Part shown: piece by piece, positions 33,991 to 46,661 of the stretch
How the letters are laid out: every line of letters begins with the position of its first letter
Numbering within the stretch: position 1 is the stretch's first letter
Assembly (NCBI RefSeq): GCF_009931435.1
Contig: NZ_CP043414.1
Direction: 5' to 3' (one strand)
Length of the DNA: 64,000 nucleotides
Source: Escherichia coli
Lineage (GTDB): Bacteria > Pseudomonadota > Gammaproteobacteria > Enterobacterales > Enterobacteriaceae
Position numbers and translations under genes: made by a program
Notes under the pieces: generated by a model
The model's input: only the letters and a program-made list of their open reading frames with translations
Told to the model about the DNA's origin: nothing
Database searches by the model: none

Positions 33991-34707
33991 ATGCGTCCAG
34001 CAGGCCGTAGCAATAATCAGGTGCGTCCCGTTACCCTGACTCGTAACTATACAAAACATGCAGAAGGCTCGGTGCTGGTCGAATTTGGCGATACCAAAGT
34101 ATTATGTACCGCCTCTATTGAAGAAGGCGTGCCCCGCTTCCTGAAAGGTCAGGGCCAGGGCTGGATCACCGCAGAATACGGTATGCTGCCGCGTTCTACT
34201 CATACCCGTAATGCCCGTGAAGCGGCGAAAGGTAAGCAGGGGGGACGCACAATGGAAATCCAGCGTCTGATCGCCCGTGCTCTTCGCGCGGCAGTAGATT
34301 TGAAAGCGCTGGGTGAGTTCACCATTACGCTGGACTGCGACGTGCTTCAGGCTGATGGTGGCACGCGTACCGCTTCGATTACCGGTGCTTGTGTTGCACT
34401 GGCCGATGCCCTGAATAAACTGGTTGAAAATGGCAAGCTGAAAACCAACCCGATGAAAGGGATGGTAGCCGCGGTTTCTGTCGGGATTGTGAACGGCGAA
34501 GCGGTTTGCGATCTGGAATACGTTGAAGACTCTGCCGCTGAAACGGACATGAACGTGGTGATGACCGAAGACGGGCGCATCATTGAAGTTCAGGGAACGG
34601 CAGAAGGCGAGCCGTTTACCCATGAAGAGCTACTCACCTTGTTGGCGCTGGCCCGAGGGGGAATCGAATCCATTGTAGCGACGCAGAAGGCGGCGCTGGC
34701 AAACTGA
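33991..34707 (+). CDS. rph: Ribonuclease PH, intact (no K-12 rph-1 frameshift)
   Basis: Start at [14 protein letters not shown] gives the full 238 aa ending ...[11 protein letters not shown]. Confidence 0.95.
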
Positions 34708-34712
34708 TTTTT

Positions 34713-34740
34713 AAGGCGACTGATGAGTCGCCTTTTTTTT
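34713..34740 (+). terminator. pyrE attenuator (UTP-sensitive transcription terminator between rph and pyrE)
   Basis: Hairpin GGCGACT-GATG-AGTCGCC followed by T8, placed just after the rph stop and before the pyrE start. Confidence 0.75.
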
Positions 34741-34772
34741 GTCTGTAGAAAAGTAAGATGAGGAGCGAAGGC

Positions 34773-35414
34773 ATGAAACCATATCAGCGCCAGTTTATTG
34801 AATTTGCGCTTGGCAAGCAGGTGTTAAAGTTTGGCGAGTTTACGCTGAAGTCCGGGCGCAAAAGCCCCTATTTCTTCAACGCCGGGCTGTTTAATACCGG
34901 GCGCGATCTGGCACTGTTAGGCCGTTTTTACGCTGAAGCATTGGTGGATTCCGGCATTGAGTTCGATCTGCTGTTTGGCCCTGCTTACAAAGGGATCCCA
35001 ATTGCCACTACTACCGCAGTGGCGCTGGCGGAGCATCATGACCTGGACCTGCCGTACTGCTTTAACCGCAAAGAAGCAAAAGACCACGGTGAAGGCGGCA
35101 ATCTGGTCGGTAGCGCGTTACAAGGACGCGTAATGCTGGTGGATGATGTGATCACCGCCGGAACGGCGATTCGCGAGTCGATGGAAATTATTCAGGCCAA
35201 TGGCGCGACGCTTGCTGGCGTATTGATTTCGCTCGATCGTCAGGAGCGTGGTCGCGGCGAGATTTCGGCAATTCAGGAAGTTGAACGTGATTACAACTGC
35301 AAAGTGATCTCTATCATCACCCTGAAAGACCTGATTGCTTACCTCGAAGAGAAGCCAGAAATGGCGGAACATCTGGCGGCGGTTAAGGCCTACCGCGAAG
35401 AGTTTGGCGTTTAA
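34773..35414 (+). CDS. pyrE: Orotate phosphoribosyltransferase
   Basis: Start at [13 protein letters not shown] gives 213 aa. Confidence 0.95.
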   Translation: MKPYQRQFIEFALGKQVLKFGEFTLKSGRKSPYFFNAGLFNTGRDLALLGRFYAEALVDSGIEFDLLFGPAYKGIPIATTTAVALAEHHDLDLPYCFNRKEAKDHGEGGNLVGSALQGRVMLVDDVITAGTAIRESMEIIQANGATLAGVLISLDRQERGRGEISAIQEVERDYNCKVISIITLKDLIAYLEEKPEMAEHLAAVKAYREEFGV

Positions 35415-35484
35415 AAATATGCGCTGCGCAGGTTTTTACTGTGCGCAGCGTGATGCGGTTTAAGATATCGTGTTAATCTGCTTT

Positions 35485-35678
35485 CGCCAGCAGTGGCAAT
35501 AGCGTTTCCGGCCTTTTATGCCGGGAGGGTCGGCGAGTCGCCGACTTAACGCCAGTAGGTTGTCCAGATACCCAAAGTCGCTCCATTGTACTTAAGTACG
35601 CTTCGCGTACGTCGCGCTGACGCGCTCAGTACAGTTACGCGCCTTCGGGATGGTTTGATGGTATTGCTGCTGTTGGCG
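35485..35678 (+). ncRNA. msr-msd: Retron msr-msd region (template for msDNA), Ec107-like; boundaries approximate
   Basis: Inverted repeats a1 (35485-35501) and a2 (35662-35678) can pair over 17 positions including G-U wobbles; internal perfect stem-loops at 35529-35545 and 35597-35611; lies immediately upstream of the RT gene. Confidence 0.55.
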
Positions 35679-35710
35679 CCTCTTTTGGCCGCCGTGATGT
35701 GGAGAGTGGA

Positions 35711-36670
35711 ATGGATGCTACCCGGATAACCCTTCTGGCGCTCGATTTGTTCGGCTCGCCGGGCTGGAGCGCCGATAAAGAAATACAGCGGCTGTATGCG
35801 CTCAGTAATCATGCCGGACGCCATTACCGACGCATTATTCTTTCTAAACGCCACGGTGGTCAGCGGCTGGTGTTAGCCCCTGATTACTTGCTCAAAACCG
35901 TACAGCGCAACATTCTTAAGAACGTCCTTTCACAATTTCCACTTTCCTCTTTTGCTACCGCCTACCGACAGGGTCGCCCAATCGTCAGCAACGCGCAGCC
36001 TCACTGCCAACAGCCGCAGATCCTTAAACTCGATATCGAAAACTTTTTCGATAGCATTAGCTGGCTACAGGTCTGGCGTGTGTTTAGCCAGACCCAGTTG
36101 CCACGCAATGTGGTAACCATGCTGACCTGGCTTTGTTGCTATAACGACGCGTTACCGCAGGGGGCGCCAACTTCGCCTGCCATTTCCAATCTTGTGATGC
36201 GCCGTTTTGATGAGTGCATAGGGGAATGGTGTCAGGCTCGGGGAATTACCTACACCCGCTACTGCGATGACATGACCTTTTCTGGTCACTTCAATGCCCG
36301 CCAGGTTAAAAATAAAGTATGCGGATTGTTAGCGGAGCTGGGCCTGAGCCTCAATCAACGCAAAAGCTGCCTGATAGCTGCCTGTAAGCGCCAGCAGGTA
36401 ACCGGGATTGTTGTTAATCACAAGCCACAGCTTGCCCGTGAAGCGCGCCGGGCGCTGCGTCAGGAAGTACATTTGTGCCAAAAATATGGCGTTATTTCGC
36501 ATCTTAGTCATCGTGGTGAACTTGATCCTTCTGGCGATCTCCACGCACAGGCAACGGCGTATCTTTATGCTTTGCAGGGAAGAATAAACTGGTTATTGCA
36601 AATCAATCCTGAGGATGAGGCCTTTAAACAGGCGAGGGTGAGTGTAAAGCGAATGCTGGTGGCATGGTAA
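35711..36670 (+). CDS. ret: Retron-type reverse transcriptase (319 aa), consistent with retron-Ec107 RT
   Basis: RT motifs including YCDDMTF (YxDD box); GGAG Shine-Dalgarno 6 nt upstream of the ATG at 35711; inserted between convergent pyrE and slmA. Confidence 0.9.
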   Translation: MDATRITLLALDLFGSPGWSADKEIQRLYALSNHAGRHYRRIILSKRHGGQRLVLAPDYLLKTVQRNILKNVLSQFPLSSFATAYRQGRPIVSNAQPHCQQPQILKLDIENFFDSISWLQVWRVFSQTQLPRNVVTMLTWLCCYNDALPQGAPTSPAISNLVMRRFDECIGEWCQARGITYTRYCDDMTFSGHFNARQVKNKVCGLLAELGLSLNQRKSCLIAACKRQQVTGIVVNHKPQLAREARRALRQEVHLCQKYGVISHLSHRGELDPSGDLHAQATAYLYALQGRINWLLQINPEDEAFKQARVSVKRMLVAW

Positions 36671-36713
36671 GAAAAGCGTCAGGCAGACGTTTCTGCCTGA
36701 ACGTTTGGGAGAA

Positions 36714-37310
36714 TTACTGCAACTGCGCAGCAATTAGCGGCCAGCGGGCGTCAAAGTCATCCGTCGGGCGGTATTTAAACTCGCTGCGGACAAAGCGTGA
36801 CAGCATACCTTCACAGAAGGCCAGGATCTGGCTTGCCAGCAGGGTTTCGTCGGTGGTGTAACCTTCACCCTCACGCATTCTCTTTTCACGCAATACCTGA
36901 CGCAACTGCGCTTCAATACGCTCGAATAGCTGGTTGATGCGCCCTTGCAGGCGATCCTGTTCAAACATTAGTGCATGACCAGTGAGGATGCGGGTCAGGC
37001 CAGGATTACGCTCACCAAAACCGAGAAGCAGCAACACAATCAGACGCAGGCGCGCTGTGGTGTCTTTCTCATCTTTCAGAATCAGATTGATGCGAGTAAT
37101 CAGGCTATCTTCGATAAACTCAATCAGGCTATCGAACATGCGGGTCTTACTGGGGAAGTGGCGATACAGTGCCGCTTCGGAAACGCCGACAGAGGCGGCC
37201 AGTTTTGCCGTCGTGATACGTTGGCTTCCATCGCTGGATTCCAGCATCAGCGCCAGAGACTGAAGTATTTCCTCGCGACGGTTCCTTTTCGCAGTTTGTT
37301 TTTCTGCCAT
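36714..37310 (-). CDS. slmA: Nucleoid occlusion factor SlmA (TetR family)
   Basis: Start at [16 protein letters not shown] gives 198 aa. Confidence 0.95.
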
Positions 37311-37416
37311 GTTACAAAATACCCCTGAAAATAAGCACTTGCCAGGCGGCACCCACGCTATGACCGCAAACGAAATGTTTGCGGCTATGTTATGACGTTA
37401 TTCGGATGCGTATGTG

Positions 37417-37872
37417 TTACTGACGACCAGAGTGACCAAAGCCGCCTTCACCGCGGTCGGTGGCGTCGAAATCTTCCACCAGATTAAATTCAGCCTGTAC
37501 TACCGGAACAAAAATCATCTGGGCGATGCGTTCGCCAGGTTGAATGGTGAAGCTGTCCTGACCACGGTTCCACACGGAAATCATCAACTGGCCCTGATAG
37601 TCAGAATCGATCAATCCTACCAGGTTACCAAGCACGATACCGTGCTTATGTCCCAATCCGGAGCGCGGCAGCATCATTGCCGCCAGTGAAGGATCGGCAA
37701 TATGAATCGCCAGCCCGGTCGGAACCAGCGTAGTGTCACCCGGAGCCAGTTCTACGGCGTCGTCGAGACAGGCACGCAGGTCAAGTCCGGCAGAGCCAGA
37801 GGTGGCATAAGTCGGGAGCGGAAATTCCTTCCCAACGCGCGGGTCCAGAATCTTAACGTCGATTTTTTTCAT
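37417..37872 (-). CDS. dut: dUTP diphosphatase
   Basis: Start at [14 protein letters not shown] gives 151 aa. Confidence 0.95.
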
Positions 37873-39073
37873 CATAACGGGTCACGATCTCGTCGAGTAA
37901 TAATTGGCCAAGGAGCTCTTTGCGCTCAAGCGGTAAGACTTTATCTCCGTCCTGCCAGAAAAGGTGTAATGCGTTGTTGTCGCTGTTAAATCCTTGAGTT
38001 GGCTGGGAAACATCGTTCGCGCAGATCAGATCAAGGTTTTTACGGATACGTTTTTGCCGGGCGTATTCTTCCACATTATTTGTTTCGGCGGCAAATCCAA
38101 CGACGTAGGGTCGATGGTCTTTTAGTGCGGCAACACCAGCGACGATATCGGGGTTTTTAACCATTTTTATTGTTAATTCATCACCCTGCGTGGCCTGCTT
38201 TTTGATTTTCTCTGGGGCTACGGTAGCTGCGCGATAATCCGCCACGGCGGCGCAACCGATAAAAATATTTTGCTGCTGTACAGAAGCATTCACGGCCGCT
38301 TCCATTTCCAGCGCAGTCATCACATCAACACGTTTAACAAACGGTGGCGTCGGTAGTGAAACCGGACCTGATACCAGCGTGACGTTCGCGCCACGACGGG
38401 CAGCGGCGGCGGCGATAGCAAAACCCATCTTGCCTGAGCTGTGATTAGAGATATAACGCACCGGATCGAGCGGTTCACGCGTCGGGCCGGCGGTAATCAT
38501 AATGTTCAGATGTTTCAGGTCGTTGACGGGCGAAAAATGTGCTACCGCCATATCAACAATGGTTAACGGATCGAGCATTCGCCCAGGGCCGATATCACCA
38601 CAAGCCTGACTGCCGCTATCTGGCCCCCAGATGAGCAAACCACGCGAGGCAAGCAGCTCTAAATTATGCTGCGTGGCAGCTGCACGGTACATCTGCTGGT
38701 TCATGGCGGGCAGCACGGCTACAGGCGCAGGTGTAGCCAGGCAAATCGTCGATACCAGGTCATTCGCCATTCCGGCAGCAACACGGGCAATCAAATCTGC
38801 CGTGGCAGGGGCGAGAATCACTAAATCAGCCCATTTACCCAGCTCAATATGGCCCATAGCGGCTTCGGCTGCCGGGTCAAGCAGACTGTCGGAAACGGGA
38901 TACCCCGAAACTGCCTGCAAGCTAAGTGGGGTAATAAAGGCTTTTGCCGCTTCGGTCATGGCTACGCGGACGTCGGCCCCGCGATCGCGCAAACGACGCG
39001 CCAGTTCAGGGGTTTTATAGGCAGCAATACCGCCGCTGACGCCGAGAACGATTTTTTTACCGGCCAGGCTCAT
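37853..39073 (-). CDS. coaBC: Bifunctional phosphopantothenoylcysteine decarboxylase / phosphopantothenate-cysteine ligase
   Basis: Start at [20 protein letters not shown] gives 406 aa (Dfp). Confidence 0.95.
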
Positions 39074-39238
39074 GATGATTTTTCCTGTTGGGTGACACCA
39101 GAAGTTGGCGATTTTATCACAATACTTTTGTTGTCGTGCCTTCACCTGAAAATCACTTTGCGAGGCGCTTTCCAGGATTGAAAACTGACCGTCGATTTAA
39201 CGGAACGGCTATGACAGGATGCGAGCACCACAAAGGAG

Positions 39239-39913
39239 GTGAAGGTGAAAAACAATGCACAGCTGTTGATGCCGCGCGAAAAAATGCTGAAGTTTGGCAT
39301 TGGTGCGTTAACGGATGTTGAGCTGCTGGCGCTATTTCTGCGTACCGGAACGCGCGGTAAAGATGTATTAACCCTGGCAAAAGAGATGCTGGAGAATTTC
39401 GGCTCTCTTTATGGCTTGTTAACCTCTGAATATGAACAATTTAGCGGTGTTCATGGAATTGGTGTGGCGAAGTTCGCTCAGTTAAAGGGGATTGCTGAAC
39501 TGGCGCGGCGTTACTACAACGTGCGGATGCGTGAAGAAAGCCCTTTACTCAGCCCGGAGATGACGAGGGAATTTTTACAAAGCCAGCTCACGGGCGAGGA
39601 GCGGGAGATCTTTATGGTGATCTTTCTCGACTCCCAACACAGGGTTATAACGCATAGCCGTCTTTTTTCCGGCACGCTAAACCATGTTGAAGTCCATCCT
39701 CGGGAAATTATCCGCGAAGCGATAAAAATAAACGCCTCGGCGCTGATCCTTGCACATAATCACCCTTCGGGTTGTGCTGAACCCAGTAAAGCGGATAAAC
39801 TCATTACCGAACGGATAATAAAAAGTTGTCAGTTCATGGATTTACGCGTGCTCGACCATATCGTGATTGGGCGTGGAGAGTATGTTTCTTTTGCCGAACG
39901 CGGCTGGATTTAA
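39239..39913 (+). CDS. yicR: RadC-like JAB-domain protein YicR (UPF0758)
   Basis: 224-aa product with the HNHPSG metalloprotease-like motif; exact start codon uncertain by a few residues. Confidence 0.9.
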   Translation: MKVKNNAQLLMPREKMLKFGIGALTDVELLALFLRTGTRGKDVLTLAKEMLENFGSLYGLLTSEYEQFSGVHGIGVAKFAQLKGIAELARRYYNVRMREESPLLSPEMTREFLQSQLTGEEREIFMVIFLDSQHRVITHSRLFSGTLNHVEVHPREIIREAIKINASALILAHNHPSGCAEPSKADKLITERIIKSCQFMDLRVLDHIVIGRGEYVSFAERGWI

Positions 39914-40108
39914 CCCGCTATGCGCGATCCTTCGGGATCTTTGTCTGTTCGGGACTTGAGCACATCGCTGAGTCAGCGTATACTACGCCACCTTTGAGAA
40001 TCTCGGGTTTGGCATTTGGGCCTGGCAATCGAGAGTTCACATAGAACTGCGATGACCGGGCTGTAAAGCCTGACGAGGCGCCAATACCCCATACGAAGCT
40101 CGAGCTAA

Positions 40109-40366
<258 letters not shown>

Positions 40367-40383
40367 GTACTTAGAGGAAATAA

Positions 40384-40554
<171 letters not shown>

Positions 40555-40651
40555 TTCTCGCTTTGATGTAACGAAAAACCTCGCTCCGGCGGGGTTTTTT
40601 GTTATCTGCTTGCCCCCATATTGACTGCATCTGTTGATTCCTGGAGATGCT

Positions 40652-41461
40652 ATGCCTGAATTACCCGAAGTTGAAACCAGCCGTCGCGGCATAGAACCGC
40701 ATCTCGTTGGTGCAACCATTCTTCATGCGGTGGTGCGCAACGGACGCCTGCGCTGGCCGGTTTCAGAAGAGATTTATCGATTAAGTGATCAACCAGTGCT
40801 TAGCGTGCAGCGGCGGGCTAAATATCTGCTGCTGGAGCTGCCGGAGGGCTGGATTATCATTCATTTGGGGATGTCTGGCAGCCTGCGCATCCTTTCAGAA
40901 GAACTTCCTCCCGAAAAGCATGACCATGTTGATTTGGTGATGAGCAACGGCAAAGTACTGCGCTATACCGATCCTCGCCGCTTTGGTGCCTGGCTGTGGA
41001 CCAAAGAGCTGGAAGGGCATAATGTGCTGGCCCACCTTGGACCGGAGCCGCTTAGCGACGATTTCAACGGTGAGTACCTGCATCAGAAGTGCGCGAAGAA
41101 AAAAACGGCGATTAAACCGTGGCTGATGGATAACAAGCTGGTGGTAGGGGTAGGGAATATCTATGCCAGCGAATCTCTGTTTGCGGCGGGGATCCATCCG
41201 GATCGGCTGGCGTCATCACTGTCACTGGCAGAGTGTGAATTGTTAGCTCGGGTGATTAAAGCGGTGTTGCTGCGTTCGATTGAGCAGGGCGGTACAACGC
41301 TGAAAGATTTTCTGCAAAGTGATGGTAAACCGGGCTATTTCGCTCAGGAATTGCAGGTTTACGGGCGAAAAGGCGAGCCGTGTCGAGTGTGCGGTACGCC
41401 GATTGTGGCGACGAAACATGCGCAGCGGGCAACGTTTTATTGTCGGCAGTGCCAGAAGTAA
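40652..41461 (+). CDS. mutM: Formamidopyrimidine-DNA glycosylase (Fpg/MutM)
   Basis: Start at [13 protein letters not shown] gives 269 aa; C-terminal zinc finger CRVCGTPI...CRQCQ. Confidence 0.95.
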   Translation: MPELPEVETSRRGIEPHLVGATILHAVVRNGRLRWPVSEEIYRLSDQPVLSVQRRAKYLLLELPEGWIIIHLGMSGSLRILSEELPPEKHDHVDLVMSNGKVLRYTDPRRFGAWLWTKELEGHNVLAHLGPEPLSDDFNGEYLHQKCAKKKTAIKPWLMDNKLVVGVGNIYASESLFAAGIHPDRLASSLSLAECELLARVIKAVLLRSIEQGGTTLKDFLQSDGKPGYFAQELQVYGRKGEPCRVCGTPIVATKHAQRATFYCRQCQK

Positions 41462-41470
41462 TTGATGCGC

Positions 41471-41492
41471 GCCGGATGGCATACCATCCGGC
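41471..41492. terminator. Hairpin between convergent mutM and coaD (possible bidirectional terminator)
   Basis: Perfect 9-bp stem GCCGGATGG/CCATCCGGC with a 4-nt loop; no clear U-tract, so function is uncertain. Confidence 0.35.
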
Positions 41493-41499
41493 ATAAACG

Positions 41500-43264
<1,765 letters not shown>

Positions 43265-43615
43265 AGTAAATAGCTGACTTATGGATGTGCTGGGGATTCT
43301 ATGTATTTAGCTGTGGCTTTACCATTACTTTTCCCGTTTTTGACTTAAATAGCAATTTACCCGCCAATTCTTGCTGAACATCTATACTTTTTTTGTATTT
43401 TTATGCGATTCATTGATTTCCGCAGTACGTGCAGTAAGGAATCGCGGAGCAACAGTGAAAGAATATTGTTGCTAATGATTTTATTTGATTGATTTCTTTA
43501 TTGAAAAACAACGATGTGCTTAAAAATCATTCGGATCGGATTGCCGCGAAAGAAGTGATACACTAGCGCGTCAATATCAGTACGGTATCAGTATTCAGGT
43601 AGCTGTTGAGCCTGG

Positions 43616-43627
43616 GGCGGTAGCGTG
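43616..43627 (+). promoter_or_regulatory. ops element (within a JUMPstart sequence) in the waaQ operon leader; RfaH recruitment site
   Basis: GGCGGTAGCGTG matches the ops consensus; located about 50 bp upstream of waaQ. Confidence 0.8.
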
Positions 43628-43676
43628 CTTTTTCTGCTTCACCTTAATCGGATAATCTCAACAAAAAGAGTTACTT

Positions 43677-44735
43677 GTGGATAAGCCATTTCGAAGAATT
43701 TTGCTCATTAAGATGCGTTTTCATGGGGATATGTTATTAACTACTCCCGTCATTAGTTCGCTGAAAAAAAATTACCCTGACGCAAAAATCGATGTGCTGC
43801 TTTATCAGGATACCATCCCGATTCTGTCTGAAAATCCAGAGATTAACGCGCTCTACGGCATAAAAAATAAAAAAGCAAAAGCCTCAGAAAAAATTTCCAA
43901 CTTTTTTCATCTCATCAAGGTATTACGTGCCAATAAGTATGACCTTATCGTCAATCTTACCGATCAATGGATGGTTGCTATACTGGTTCGCTTATTAAAT
44001 GCCCGTGTGAAAATTTCCCAGGATTATCATCATCGGCAGTCTGCTTTTTGGCGTAAAAGCTTCACCCATCTGGTGCCGTTGCAGGGTGGAAATGTGGTGG
44101 AAAGTAACTTATCCGTGCTGACGCCACTGGGTCTCGAATCGTTGGTGAAGCAGACAACCATGAGTTACCCGCCTGCAAGCTGGAAACGAATGCGTCGCGA
44201 ACTTGATCACGCAGGTGTTGGACAAAATTATGTGGTTATCCAACCTACCGCGCGGCAAATCTTTAAATGCTGGGACAACGCCAAGTTTTCCGCTGTGATT
44301 GATGCCTTACATACACGTGGCTATGAAGTCGTTCTGACGTCCGGCCCGGATAAAGACGATCTGGCCTGCGTCAATGAAATTGCGCAGGGATGCCAGACGC
44401 CACCAGTAACGGCGTTGGCCGGAAAGGTAACCTTCCCGGAACTTGGTGCGTTAATCGATCATGCGCAGCTGTTTATTGGCGTTGATTCCGCACCGGCGCA
44501 CATTGCCGCTGCAGTTAATACGCCGCTGATATCGCTGTTTGGTGCGACAGACCATATTTTCTGGCGTCCCTGGTCAAATAACATGATTCAATTCTGGGCT
44601 GGAGATTACCGGGAAATGCCAACACGCGATCAGCGTGACCGAAATGAGATGTATCTTTCGGTTATTCCGGCGGCAGATGTCATTGCAGCTGTCGATAAAT
44701 TACTTCCCTCCTCCACGACAGGTACGTCGTTATGA
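43677..44735 (+). CDS. waaQ: LPS heptosyltransferase III
   Basis: Heptosyltransferase N-terminus (RILLIKMRFHGDMLLTTP, compare WaaC MRVLIVKTSSMGDVLHT); GTG start at 43677 assumed, true start may be a few codons downstream. Confidence 0.9.
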   Translation: MDKPFRRILLIKMRFHGDMLLTTPVISSLKKNYPDAKIDVLLYQDTIPILSENPEINALYGIKNKKAKASEKISNFFHLIKVLRANKYDLIVNLTDQWMVAILVRLLNARVKISQDYHHRQSAFWRKSFTHLVPLQGGNVVESNLSVLTPLGLESLVKQTTMSYPPASWKRMRRELDHAGVGQNYVVIQPTARQIFKCWDNAKFSAVIDALHTRGYEVVLTSGPDKDDLACVNEIAQGCQTPPVTALAGKVTFPELGALIDHAQLFIGVDSAPAHIAAAVNTPLISLFGATDHIFWRPWSNNMIQFWAGDYREMPTRDQRDRNEMYLSVIPAADVIAAVDKLLPSSTTGTSL

Positions 44736-45856
44736 TCGTTGCTTTTTGTTTATATAAATATTTTCCCTTTGGCGGTTTGCAGCGCGATTTTATGCGTATT
44801 GCTCAGACAGTCGCTGCCCGAGGTCATCATGTTCGGGTTTATACCCAGTCGTGGGAAGGCGAATGCCCTGATGTATTTGAACTGATCAACGTGCCGGTTA
44901 AATCGCATACTAATCACGGGCGCAATGCGGAGTATTTTGCCTGGGTGCAAAAACATTTACGTGAACATCCCGTCGATAGAGTCGTTGGATTCAACAAAAT
45001 GCCGGGGCTGGACGTTTATTATGCCGCTGATGTTTGTTATGCCGAGAAAGTGGCGCAGGAGAAAGGCTTTTTCTATCGCTTGACGTCACGTTATCGCCAT
45101 TATGCCGCCTTTGAGCGGGCAACCTTTGAACAGGGCAAGCCGACACAGTTGCTGATGCTGACGGACAAGCAAATCGCCGATTTCCAGAAACATTATCAGA
45201 CTGAAGCGGAGCGTTTTCATATTCTGCCACCGGGGATTTATCCTGATCGTAAATATAGCCAGCAGCCAGCCAATAGCCGTGAAATCTTCCGTAAGAAGAA
45301 TGGAATAACCGAACAACAATATTTATTGTTGCAGGTCGGTTCAGACTTCACGCGTAAAGGTGTTGATCGTTCCATTGAAGCACTTGCTTCATTACCGGAT
45401 TCGCTGCGCCACAACACATTGCTATATGTTGTTGGGCAGGATAAACCGCGAAAATTTGAGGCGCTGGCAGAAAAACGCGGCGTGCGCAGTAATGTTCACT
45501 TCTTCTCGGGGCGCAACGATGTCTCGGAATTAATGGCGGCGGCGGATTTATTACTGCATCCTGCCTACCAGGAAGCGGCGGGAATTGTGCTGCTGGAAGC
45601 GATTACTGCAGGATTACCGGTACTAACAACAGCCGTTTGTGGCTATGCGCGTTATATTGTTGACGCCAATTGCGGCGAGGCTATTGCTGAGCCATTCCGC
45701 CAGGAAACATTGAATGAGATTTTACGCAAAGCGTTAACGCAATCTTCATTGCGCCAGGCCTGGGCGGAAAATGCGCGACATTATGCTGATACACAAGATT
45801 TATACAGTCTGCCAGAGAAAGCAGCGGACATCATAACGGGTGGTCTGGATGGTTGA
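44732..45856 (+). CDS. waaG: LPS core alpha-1,3-glucosyltransferase I (GT4)
   Basis: 374-aa product matching WaaG. Confidence 0.95.
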   Translation: MIVAFCLYKYFPFGGLQRDFMRIAQTVAARGHHVRVYTQSWEGECPDVFELINVPVKSHTNHGRNAEYFAWVQKHLREHPVDRVVGFNKMPGLDVYYAADVCYAEKVAQEKGFFYRLTSRYRHYAAFERATFEQGKPTQLLMLTDKQIADFQKHYQTEAERFHILPPGIYPDRKYSQQPANSREIFRKKNGITEQQYLLLQVGSDFTRKGVDRSIEALASLPDSLRHNTLLYVVGQDKPRKFEALAEKRGVRSNVHFFSGRNDVSELMAAADLLLHPAYQEAAGIVLLEAITAGLPVLTTAVCGYARYIVDANCGEAIAEPFRQETLNEILRKALTQSSLRQAWAENARHYADTQDLYSLPEKAADIITGGLDG

Positions 45857-46646
45857 ACTTAAAGAGCCGTTTGCCACGTTATGGCGCGGTAAAGATCCTT
45901 TTGAGGAAGTTAAAACCTTGCAGGGTGAGGTTTTTCGTGAACTGGAAACTCGCCGCACTCTGCGCTTTGAAATGGCGGGCAAAAGCTATTTTCTCAAATG
46001 GCATCGCGGCACGACCCTGAAAGAGATAATCAAAAATTTACTCTCATTGCGGATGCCAGTATTAGGCGCAGACCGCGAATGGAATGCGATTCATCGACTG
46101 CGGGATGTCGGCGTTGATACTATGTATGGGGTGGCATTCGGCGAAAAAGGCATTAATCCACTGACCAGAACCTCGTTTATTATAACCGAAGATCTGACAC
46201 CAACCATCAGTCTGGAAGATTACTGTGCTGACTGGGCGACTAACCCTCCAGATGTTCGCGTAAAGCGTATGCTTATTAAGCGTGTCGCGATGATGGTGCG
46301 CGATATGCATGCTGCGGGCATTAACCACCGTGACTGTTATATCTGTCATTTCCTGCTGCACTTGCCTTTTTCCGGTAAGGAAGAGGAGTTAAAAATTTCA
46401 GTAATTGACCTGCACCGGGCGCAGCTTCGCACGCGCGTTCCACGTCGTTGGCGCGATAAAGATCTTATTGGGCTTTATTTTTCTTCGATGAATATTGGCC
46501 TGACTCAGCGGGATATCTGGCGGTTCATGAAGGTGTATTTTGCTGCCCCGCTTAAAGACATTCTCAAGCAGGAACAAGGGCTGCTGTCGCAAGCAGAAGC
46601 AAAAGCCACAAAAATCAGGGAAAGAACGATTCGAAAATCGTTGTAA
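45849..46646 (+). CDS. waaP: LPS core heptose I kinase
   Basis: Start at [14 protein letters not shown] gives 265 aa. Confidence 0.95.
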   Translation: MVELKEPFATLWRGKDPFEEVKTLQGEVFRELETRRTLRFEMAGKSYFLKWHRGTTLKEIIKNLLSLRMPVLGADREWNAIHRLRDVGVDTMYGVAFGEKGINPLTRTSFIITEDLTPTISLEDYCADWATNPPDVRVKRMLIKRVAMMVRDMHAAGINHRDCYICHFLLHLPFSGKEEELKISVIDLHRAQLRTRVPRRWRDKDLIGLYFSSMNIGLTQRDIWRFMKVYFAAPLKDILKQEQGLLSQAEAKATKIRERTIRKSL

Positions 46647-46661
46647 TTTCCGGAGAGAAAT

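Noticed and set aside
35421-35450. A 9-bp stem hairpin immediately after the pyrE stop, considered as an independent pyrE terminator feature
   Set aside because: It has only a weak T-run and lies at the left junction of the retron insertion, so it cannot be separated from the retron boundary; it is discussed under the retron finding.
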